DNA of 51,649 nt, the filler included, from Cladosporium halotolerans (lineage: Eukaryota), in the NCBI RefSeq assembly GCF_011745625.1. It is 2 parts of 2 records of this genome, joined end to end, with 100 filler letters (N's around TTAATTAATTAA, not from the genome) between each part and the next. Parts side by side here need not be neighbours in the genome. Positions count along the whole stretch, not along the records: positions 1 to 26,282 come from NW_027191537.1; 1 more part is not named here. The stretch is one strand, 5' to 3'. Under the pieces are notes generated by a model that was not told where the DNA came from, made no database searches, and was given only the letters and a program-made list of their open reading frames with translations. A program made the translations under genes and the position numbers. Positions within the stretch are counted from its first letter, which is position 1, and every line of letters starts with the position of its first letter. Shown here one piece after another: positions 10,132-20,254 of the stretch.

Positions 10132-10859
10132 ATCTTAGGCTAGTCTTCTGTTCTCCTGCCATCTTTGCCCTTCGTTTTGCCCTTCGACTTCTCCGTGTCC
10201 CGCCTGTTCTTCTTGTCATACATTCACGACTCTGCTCGTTCTGCTCGTCGCGTCTGTACGCAGCCGTGACCTTGGGTCGAGCTCCGGAAATCGGCGGAAA
10301 GGTCGGACAGGAGTGTTTGAGATCGCTCGGCTCTTCAGATGACTGCGACGCGTCCCTGGAGGTTCCCACGCGACACCACGTGGACGTGGCTCTCGTTGTC
10401 GCCCGCCTACCACAATAGAGTTAGGCGAAGTGTATCGAGTTGCACAGCCTGTAGTATCACGTGTTATCTTTCACACCCTGAGCTACTGTATAGCTTATCG
10501 CAGTCGGCACGGTTGTCCAGTATTCTCTAGACTGGCAGATCCTCGCGACTCTTTAAGCCTGCTCCAAATTAGTCTTCAATGTCTTCGCGGAACTGCAGAA
10601 CTCAGCAAATCGGCAACTGTAGAAGATACAGCTGCGGCTGGCTCGCAGCGGCGTCTCATCCGTGGTACCCCGCTCTGCAATATTCCCCGGTTTGCCGACG
10701 GCTGTTCCGGATATAGCATTGATCATGATGACGAATGGTTTGTTCAAAGGAAGTGTTGATCAGGGGAGGCATGGAAGAACCTAGGCAGTAACCCTTGTTT
10801 TTCCACTTTAGCTCTGCTCCTACGCTTGTCTACTTCAATACTGACCAGCTTGTGTCAGC

Positions 10860-11151
10860 GTTGACCTACAAAACTCTCACAAACGCTATTGGACCCCAGA
10901 AGGACGCTGACCAGCAGGTAGAGCGGGAGTTGCGCACAAAAAGGAGCTAGGCAAATGGGACAAAACCAAAAGGTGGATGCTGTGGAAAATCCGGCAAGAC
11001 GAGGCATGATGCACAAATCTGCCATAATAATGCGTGATGAAACGGAAAACGACCCGACTTTGCGTAAGCCAATTTGTTCTTTGGTGGCGAGGAAGCATGT
11101 AAAACGGTGTTGAGCGCTACAAGTTTTTGTATTTGCCCGGGTGTCTTACGT
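10860..11151 (+). mobile_element. Fot1/pogo-like DNA transposon 3' end remnant
   Basis: Translates QKDADQQVERELRTKRS*ANGTKPKGGCCGKSGKTRHDAQIC, a degenerate C-terminal CCHC knuckle of Fot1-type transposases. It ends in ...GGGTGTCTTACGT, an ACGT terminus like that of the Fot1 end at 26856. Confidence 0.6.
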
Positions 11152-11746
11152 TCCTAACGAAGCGCCCCTCGTTGTCGAAGCTCATTGAGTCACTGCCGTG
11201 CTTGGCCTTGTGCACGTTGTTGATATAGATCCTAAAGAATGGATCGGGCAACCAGCCCGATTGCGTCGGGTAGGAAAGATTAACGTTGATGATGAACGTA
11301 GCGAGAGCGGAGAGGAAGATGCCCCAGCCCCATTTGCGACATGCGATGAGTGTGTCCTGCGGGTAAATTATACCATGGCCGTCTTGGTCGAAGTACGAAC
11401 AGTGTTGCTGTACGACGGTCTCCATCTTGCGAATTCCTGCCCAGCCACCATCTGTCGTGCCGTGCGTGTGCTGGTTGTCGGCAGCAATGGAAGCTCGTGC
11501 AGTGCCGGGGTCTATTAGCTTGTCGCCTTCGGATGGGATGTATGGCATGCGCTCAATGGTAACAGGAGCCGTATCGATGGCGACATTATATGGCCTTCCA
11601 GGTGGATAAGAATTGATCTTTTTGTCAAGCTCGTTGTACAGCTCCCTTGTACTTGGACTGACGGCCACGTCGCCACTGCTAGAGGTAGAAATTGTATGGC
11701 GAAGCGTGTCAGATAATGAGTCCGGGAGATTAGTAACTGGCGCCAT
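11117..11746 (-). pseudogene. Caleosin/peroxygenase, C-terminally truncated
   Basis: QQHCSYFDQDGHGIIYPQDT (His plus EF-hand), hydrophobic stretch, proline knot YPTQSGWLPDPFF, KAKHGSDS, EGRF. Similarity stops at ~11155, where the frame enters transposon sequence. Confidence 0.85.
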
Positions 11747-12720
11747 GGCGGTTCGCGTTTTCCTGAGCAAAGGTGTGGAGTTTTTGGTGCGCTGGAATAG
11801 AACAAGCAAGAAGGAGATATCACGACTAAGTAGATTATTTGGCTTCCGTATTATTTACAGTTGGCGCAACGTGATTTCAGCATCGCCCGCGCAGGACGCG
11901 TGGGTCATGATGGTAATACGTCGGTCAGTTTGGAGCGGCTCTGCGGAGGGCTACGGACCGTACTTCCGAAGCGAACCTTCACGTGAAAGAGTGATATCTG
12001 TTGTGGAAAAGGAACACCTCGATCTGGTCGGACACCACTTGCTTGATTCTTTACTTGATGCTATGTACGACCACTTTATATCTTCGTCTTGTCAATGAGT
12101 GTGACTCGGGAGCCTTCCAGGTTTTCCCTGTGTTTCAGACCCTGTCAATCAGTAGAATCTTCCAACATGTAGGAAGAATTTCACAACAATATCAATGCTC
12201 AAAGATGGTGCGTAGGACGAGGTGTTGGAGAAAGAGGCAACCTACCTGAAACAACCCTGCAGGCCCCCTGCGCCATGGGAAACAGGGAGGGCATACCCCG
12301 CACACCTCTCATTGTGTATATATACCAGGTCCTCCTTTGTAGTCAAATAGACAACCAAATCCACAGCTATCAGTGAGCCCTGCAACGTTCCATCCCCGCA
12401 ACAGGCTATGAGCCCAGATTGCCAACAGCTCAACTGTAGTGGCTCGGTTCACCAGAAAAATAATCGCCCCTCAAACCTCACACATTTCCTGGAGGTCTAC
12501 GCAACGCAATCACCAGCTCCTGCTCGGGTTAAGTCACTGTCCTGCGGTCAAGTCTCAGGGAAACGACCACAGAGTGCCCAACCTCAAGAGCCACTCGAAA
12601 TGTTGACAATGGTACATTCGCAAGAGAACATGCATATGAGATTTTGATTGTCCGTGGCCGTACATAGACTCCAAGAGTCTCACAGCGTCTCAAATAGTTG
12701 ATTAAGACCACCCCCCCTCC

Positions 12721-12920
12721 CCTTGCTCGCTGCTAAGCCTCATATTTGTATGTGCTCGTGTAGATCGAGAGTCACCACCTTTTCGACGCCGTTTGAGGCG
12801 TTGGTAGGGGCACTGAATAATGGGGCTAAATGAACGATTTAAAGTGGCTCCGGCTGCTCTGTTTGAAAGGCAATAGCCTCTTCAATCAGCTCCTCGATTT
12901 GGTGGTAATTAGACTCGTGG
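12721..12920 (-). mobile_element. pogo/Fot1-type transposase N-terminal HTH fragment
   Basis: YHQIEELIEEAIAFQTEQPEP*...PYQRLKRRRKGGDSRSTRAHTNMRLSSEQ, with one stop and one frameshift. Confidence 0.5.
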
Positions 12921-14090
12921 TAGTTGAATGGTGTAAAAACCCTGAGCAATAGACGCGTATAGACACGACAATGATTGTTGAGCCTCAAAAATCGTTGAGG
13001 TGCACGGCACTAGCTATGCTAGGATTGCCGGTCGCACGGGGTCATGCCGGCACTATTACAACCTGCTATGTTGACCGAGTGCTTCAAGTAGCCATTCTGA
13101 GTCCGCGGCAAGTGCGTCATCTCATTACCGTCACCTCACACGAAGTAATCGTCTTCCCCAAAACGCCATCTTCCCTACCCTTCTGCTCGCGAATACACGT
13201 CCAGATAGCTTTTCCAATATATTGCCTTTTAACTGCACCATATCGCTCTCGCTTGACGCTGCCGCAAGTCTCTAAATATGACACCGACTACTCAAAAAGA
13301 TATTCCGCAAGAGCAGCATTTGCTCAGGGTTATGTTGTTGGACCGCCTCTTTTAGAGTCCAGAATACACGGTATTGTTCACGGCTACGGGTGCTGGAGCC
13401 GACTAGACGGATCTATGCGAACGTTCGCATCGCGTGGATATCTGCGGTGGCTCGTACTACGTGTATCGGTCTTCCTACGGAAGCTAGTATTTCTTCGCCT
13501 TCTTATATGTATTGCCCGAATCTTGGGCAGCTTCGATATCGAGTCCGCATTGGTGGCCATGTCGCCAGCGGTGGGGTGGTGTTGCCTGCTGACGTGCGGT
13601 GCGCGCAGGCTTCGTCGTACCTGTCAGAGCTTTCCCGACGGCTGGACGGCGAGGTGAGCGGCCATGTCGGACATTGTCGATGCGAATGGGGCTGTCAAGT
13701 GATGACTCTGCGAACGAGATTACCGTACGGCTCATCACGTTTCTGGCTGTTGTGTAGCGCATCTTGATTTCGCTGCATGTGCAGCTAAAACACTCACACT
13801 GGAAGCCACGTGAAGGTATGCACTCTCCGCCCAGTTGGGAAATCTCGTAGGGTCGCAGAGCACAATGTGTTATCTCAAAAAAGAAATTGAACTGCGGTAA
13901 CATCTCAAGCTAAAAGGCTGCCCCATTCCATTCGCCCACTCTGCTACCAGAACATGAATAAGATGCGTAGGGTAGTACGCGTTCGCTGTCATCGAGACGC
14001 GATGAGTCATTAGTACCTATAGTTATATCAGAAGACATTCATATAAGCAAGAGACTATGAGGCATACGAGTTGTATCGATATCGAGAAAC

Positions 14091-14357
14091 TTATATGTTC
14101 TCCTTGTTGGCCTTTGCGGAGCCTTCGTGCTTCTTCTGGTCAACCTTGTCGGAAGCAGCATCGAGAGCGCCCTCGGCACGCCCCGTGAGAGAGGTGTCGC
14201 CAGCGTTACCCTTAGCTTGTTGTTTGTTAGCTTCTTTGGAAGCTTCAGCGGTATTGCCACGCGTTGATTCGGAGACGTAGTTGGCGGCGTTCTTGACAGA
14301 GTTGGCAGCCTGTCCGATGATGCCCTCGTTGGGCTTGTTGACGTTCGGGGCAGACAT
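14091..14357 (-). CDS. grg1: Glucose-repressible protein, Grg1/Ccg-1 family, 88 aa
   Basis: SVKNAANYVSES...ASKEANK...DKVDQKKHE matches the small hydrophilic Grg1 family pattern. Confidence 0.88.
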   Translation of the reverse strand: MSAPNVNKPNEGIIGQAANSVKNAANYVSESTRGNTAEASKEANKQQAKGNAGDTSLTGRAEGALDAASDKVDQKKHEGSAKANKENI

Positions 14358-15514
14358 CTTGCCTAGAATTGATGGTGGGTTGGTCGGTGAGATTCTAGGA
14401 TAAGATTGATATTGATATTGAGGTTCGTTCCTAGAAGCTCGTTTGAGAAAGCTGGTTTACTGGAATGGCAGTGTTGTAATAGTTATGTCATTACGCTGAA
14501 TTGGAATCCGAAACCTAGGAATGCGATTCCCCGCTCCGGCTAAAGTTACTCGTTGCAGCCGACAGCACGTTACTGCTAAGTTAGAAGTAACTCCTTATAA
14601 CGTCATTCATCAGTACAGCCAGACCTCGGTGGGGCACATCCAGCCGTCGAGCACACCCCCGCACCCATGAACAACACCACTTCAACACACGGTTTCTCTG
14701 CAACTGTGGCACCAATTGATGAAGCAATCATGTTCTTGCAACGCTCTGATAAGCCAAATAAATTTCAGAAGCAGCTAGGAGGCTCAAGGTCGAAAGATCC
14801 ATCCTCAGCAAGCACTTCCACGGACATAGAGGCTCTTTCGCCACGGCCAACGAGATAAAGTAAATTTCGACCAACAAGCAAGAACTAGTATTTGTCAATC
14901 ACATAGATGACCTGAGGCATGTTTCCAGGATGGTGTGTAACAAATTTACCTAGGCTTTCAAAGCTTTATTTCGAATAAGAATCTTCTTCATCGAGTAAAT
15001 CGGTGAAGATTTGCGATGGAGGTACATCCGTGTCGGTCGAACCGCGTGCCTGCATTGACTTCAGAGCGTGCTACTGTCCTTGATGGATGGACTGCCATTG
15101 GGTCCTTTCGTGCTTAGATCGGAGCGGGTGTAGGCCTTGCCAGACTTATTGCAGTGTGCCTTTGAGTGCAAAATCGATGACATCCTGGTGGGGCGTCGTA
15201 GAAGCCGTGCTTTTCGGGTTGGCAGCGGACCACCCAGATTCCACAAATGCGCCAGAGGGAGCAAAACAGCTCAGATCGAGATCAGGAAGAATTACCCGTG
15301 TACCAGTGCATCTAATGGACCTAGAATGAATAGAATGGTCAACAACCAATTGAAGAGCTTGTGACGTGAGTTTGAAGTAGATCGAGGCCGGTCTGGCAGA
15401 GTGAGTATTTGTGTCGATCATGTTAGAAGCGACGCGCGACGCGTGCATTGACTGTCCGCGTGCACGGACTGTCCAAGACTTCTAGAAGAGACTCTTCCGT
15501 AACGTGTTCAGGCT

Positions 15515-16704
15515 CTAAGGCTCGAACCGATGACGCGAGAATTCGGCAATCTTGACACCGCCAGACGGCGGGAACTGCCGTCCTTTGAAGTCTCGCGAAG
15601 GGAAAGGAATCGTCGTCTTTCCCGTCTCTTTGAATCCTTGTATATCGAGCATCTTCTACAGGTTCTCTTGCGCCTCATCAACTGCTTTGCAAGCCAGAAG
15701 CACCAGCGTCCTCGGGCTTTGTGCAGTAAGTTGTTTGGCCGCCTCCGTAACATACCGCTTACAACTGTCTTGACGAGTTGGCCATGAGATTATGATTATG
15801 TCGAATTCTCGAGCCATTTCATCCTGGGGAAGAGCTGTCTCCGAGGACAGTTTCGCAACTTTTGTGGAAGAACCTGCTGCTGGATTGGACGCTCGTATGT
15901 TTAGCTCAGCAAGTTTGGCGCATTTATCACCACCAGCGACTACAGCTCGGCAACCAGGTACCACCTTGAGTCAAAAGTAAAGCGACTGCAGCAGAACCAA
16001 AGCCGAGCTCGATGATACTCAGATTGCCCTTGGTAGCAGCGGAAAGTCTTCTCTCAAGTAGAGGCAGTGCTAGGGTGCTTCGTAGAGTGATAATCCTGTC
16101 AAGAAGAATGCACAACGCTAGTTGCTCGTCACTGCGAATGGCGTTAGACGTTACATCTCAACTGGGAGGAGGACTTACTTGATGGCATTCTGGCCGGGAA
16201 AGCGAGCGTCTTCGAACAGGAGCAGTGGCTGTTGGCTAAGCGGCATGAACCTTCTCTCTGTTCTCTGCGAGCTCTCGAAGATATGTCGTGTAGGATCCAG
16301 CAGATCACTGGCAACTGAAATAAGACGCAGACTGTTCCCGGGCACGCCAAGAGAGCCAAATTCGTCATTGTGTCCGCCATTATTGTTGAAAATGCCAACA
16401 TGGAGCTTTGCTGGCCATCTCAAATTCGCATTTGATAAATCGATCGACAGTGGAAGGACACGCATTCTCGCTTGCCAGGCTGTTGATTGTTGTACTTGTG
16501 TAGACTGGCTTCTCGCAGAATATATGGTTGCACGCAATGTCAACTCCTCGTCGAGAAGCTCGCCGACATCTGTCGTTACTGCAACCACAGCCGATAGGCG
16601 AATGAGGTTACCAGTCATGGAAATTTTCGGCATCTCTACAAAACGGACTGGACGATATTGAGGTCAGAAAAGGCTTGCGGTGATCATACTTGGAGCTTAT
16701 ACCA
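15515..16704 (-). pseudogene. Degenerate seven-beta-strand lysine methyltransferase (Methyltransf_16 / METTL21-like fungal subfamily)
   Basis: RFVEMPKI...VTTDVG...WQARMRVLPL...ERRF, then an intron (GTAAGT...CTAAC...CAG, ~16178-16132), then LPLLERRLSAA..LSIIELGFGSAAVAL, a frameshift near 15965, FDIIIIS...SPRTLVLLACK, a premature TAG at 15656-15658 and a C-terminal tail to the TAG at 15515. The first exon is uncertain. Confidence 0.65.
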
Positions 16705-18118
16705 TAGCAGAACATTGCGTTGAGAACGACAGAGGCTGAATTGGAAAGAGTGCTATATTACAACGGTTAGCCATGGCTGCAGCCTCCAAACTCAATGTGT
16801 CTCAGATTGGGGTTTTATGGCAAGTGTACCTTTCTGTAAGAGTCGCAAGCGATATAACAGCATTTGAATTCGGATACGCATCGATGTAAAAGTGTTGCGG
16901 ATCACGCGAGCTGTCTAGGAGGAGGTGCCAAGAGGATTGTGGCGGACAGTGAAGGGAGATGTGCAACCGGAAGAGCGGACATGCACCATCAACTTATGCT
17001 GGCAAGAGCCGGAAGTTCGCGGCCTTGCAAGCCATCCTCCCCTTCAACCTTGTCCTCGGCACTTACGATAGGTATGCATTTAGTCTTGTAGCATGTCGCG
17101 CCGACATTTATCAAACGTGAAATCGAGCACGCTGAAAGCGCGGTATGTTTAACATTGATCGATCTGAAGGGTGTTCATTGATGATTTACCAAGTGGGAGC
17201 ATGCCTGACCTATATACAGCAGTGGGTGGCGAACGTGGCGCCACTGAGCTTCAACACGGTGAACGGAAACAATCTTGCGGACGTCGACAATCTTGTGCGA
17301 GATGGGAGCCGAAGCTTCCTTGTCACACACGACTGGAACATGCAAATCTAGATATCCATAGAAGCTTAGACTATTGTAACTAGCGAGATCTCGGTCACTG
17401 CTGTAAACTTGCTGCTATTATGTTGTGACAGAGAGGATGGGCTTTTGGCCCACACAAGCAACGTACACTAATCTCGGATCTTTTTGTCTTTCAGCGTGAG
17501 CAAGCAAAGTCTCGTCGTCCAGTCAGAGCCAAAAGTTTTCATACAACGGCGGTCGCCCGGGAGGCTGCTCTTTACCAGAGGTCATGCGACCAATACACGT
17601 CACCGTGGAGCCTCGGGCCTGAGCGTACATCGGGTGCGTTATCCGCGCGCAGACTAGCCTTTGCCGACAACACATGACCTCGTATGTGAGACTTCGTTGC
17701 CTGCATTGCTACAGCCTGCAAGGCCTCCAAAGTTCGCTATTCATCGATGACTCGCAACCTCGATCGCCGGAGTCGTTTTTCGCTGATGGTGAGTCGGAGA
17801 CGGAGTGCTGTCCGACCCTGCCTGCAGCGCTTGTTGGTCCGGCGTGCCGGGCGAGGAGATAATGCCGTAGACTCGAAGCCCGCAGCTGGGATTTGCGTCT
17901 CACGCGCCCGTCAGTTTCACCGATAGCCACTCAAGCGCTCGCTCGCGCGATGTACACATTGGGGCTCACCAAAGAGGATGGCCCTGCAATGATGCCGCCG
18001 AGGAGACACCTGGACAGGCGGTCGTCCGATAGCTGAGCGAGTCTACATAAAGCACGCCAGTTTCAAACGTCGCCTTGCAGCTAGTTCTACCCCGCCCACG
18101 AGCTCCTCCGCAAACATA

Positions 18119-20244
18119 GAAGGCTTCCCCACTTCAAGCACGGACACACTTCAAGCACGCTCGACGCGCTTCACATGAACCAGCTTTGATGGCACACAAC
18201 TTACGCAAAACTCTTCAAAATTCCATGGTCAAACAATATTGTGGAGCCCTAGTATCGCTCTGTAATTCGGTGGTATTCTCATGTGTCGAAACGAACTGGC
18301 CAGCGCACGGGCCGGCCACTTGCCGTCATCGCCTGCTGCACAGGCTTCGCGACTATCGGTTCTGGTAGAATGTTTACAGGCTTCTGAGCAGCTACTCTTC
18401 TCTTCGAAGCACTTCGTGACTGTCTGTTGGAAGTTCTGGATGGAGTCTCGAGCCGTTTCTGACCCCTTCTGGCCTCTCGTGCCGCCTGGGCTGCGGCCTT
18501 CTTCTTCTCAGCTGCGGCTGTCTTGCGAGCTAAGGCAGCTGCAGTTCGCTCAATTCGCTTTCTTTGCGCTTCTGCTTCCTTCTGGGCCTTCTCTTCGGCG
18601 CGCGCTTCAGCTCTGACCCTCTTCTCGCGCTGTAACTGCTGCTTCTCTCGCTCGCTACTCGATACGATATCTCGAGTCTTCTGAATCTTGGAAGGGCTCA
18701 TAAACAGCGCCTCAGACGTTCCAGACGCCCTCAGTTCTTCGATAACTTTCCATTTCCTCTTCTTTCGCTCCTCCTGCTTATGGAAAGACTCACTTAAATG
18801 CTTCACCCTCAGGTTTGCTAACACGAGCTTTGCCGAGAGACCGAGCACCGTGTCACTCAGCCTCTCCAGCGTCTTTTACGTCTTGTCGTCGTTGTTGTGC
18901 CGAGCTAGCATTGAGCATGCTTCTGAGCCGTTTTGACTTCGACGGCGAGCCGTACACTCGGTTGGCTATTGCTCGAGCGTTGCGTGCTTCGCTGGGACCT
19001 AGTCTCAGCTTTACGGGCCTCGGGAAAGGACTCGAGCACTTTCTGGGGATCAAACGGCCAGATGCCCGTATTTGACCAGGCGGATGCTGTGTTCTCCTTC
19101 GTGAACGCTTTCTCAAAGGCTGACCAGAAAAGAGAGAAGAAGCCTCGTTTACTGATGCTCGTATGGCCTTCTGACTTCCTGTCTAAGTCGTCCAGCGCCT
19201 GGCTATAGTAATTAGCCAGAGGAGAAAAGCCCCTCACATCTAGAGGCTATAGCCTGTGTGTGAAGTGAGGTGGTAGACGGCGAGTAGGATCCTGTGCTAC
19301 TCGTATCAGTCGCGGTACTTCATGTTGACGTGTGAGCCATGTCCGTCGACGAATAAGAGCCTGTGAGATCGCCTCGCTTTGGACGCCGTCTGCTTCTCGA
19401 AGAGGCCAGTTAGCCAGCTGTAACCAAGCTCGTCGCTTGTCTATCCATTAGGTGATGATGTAAAGTAACAGCCGTGTTCCTCCGGCTCGAAGTCGCTGAG
19501 CCACGTGTCTTGCAAGTTGCCCGAGACCGCTTTGTAAATCAGAGCTGGCGGTAGCTTGGTACCGTCTGCGCAAATCGTGGCCAGAACCGCCATCGACTAT
19601 TTACTACCGTTCTGGCCTGCTTTTGCAAGGTTTCCACGCTCGTACAACTCTCGTCCGAAGATCCTTCTGGTCTTCTGCAGCTTTCCCATGAGAAAGCCCT
19701 TCTTGTCCATGTTGTATTGTATATGTTGTCAGCACTTATCTTGAAATCCTCTATTTTCTGACCAACGATGGCGAAGTAGGCCTCATGGTCACTTCTGGAG
19801 TCGGCTCTGTGCCGTGCGAGATCAATGGTATTGTGATATCGGGCATCAAGCACGTGCTTGTGTCGCGCAACCAAGCGCGAGGACGAGTTCTTTTAAAGCC
19901 TCCTTCCACAAAGTTCTTGAGCTATATTGGCCACGATATTGGGCGTAGGTGGGAGGCAACGCTTGCAGAGATGGTGTATATAGCTTATAAGCTCTTCTTC
20001 TTGCTTGCCAATGAGTACCCTGCGCGACTGCAAGCCTTGAGCCGATGAGGTCTTCGCATGAAATCGTCTGCTGAGTGCCGGCCTCGTGATACCATTTTGC
20101 TTGCAGCACTTGCTAGATTTATGCAGGTAGAGAATCTCATATTCGTAAGCGCTGCGTCCATTGAGCCAGTACTCGTCGAGATATTGCACTTGCAACAGAG
20201 CGCGTAGGCGTCGCGTCGAGCGTGCTTGAAGTGGGGAAGCCTTC
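18119..20244 (-). mobile_element. Full-length pogo/Fot1-class DNA transposon (2126 bp) with a defective transposase
   Basis: Perfect 24-bp TIR GAAGGCTTCCCCACTTCAAGCACG (18119-18142 / 20221-20244), flanked by TA on both sides. CENP-B/Tc5 HTH QEEELISYIHHLCKRCLPPTP, then DNIY...MDKKGFLMG, FVDGHGSHVNM, GIWPFDP and a basic C-terminal tail. Several frameshifts and stops. Confidence 0.92.
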
Positions 20245-20254
20245 TAACAACAGA

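Noticed and set aside
12971..13903. ORFs 12971-13657 (+) and 13484-13903 (-)
   Set aside because: No recognisable motif or consistent splice model; probably chance ORFs.
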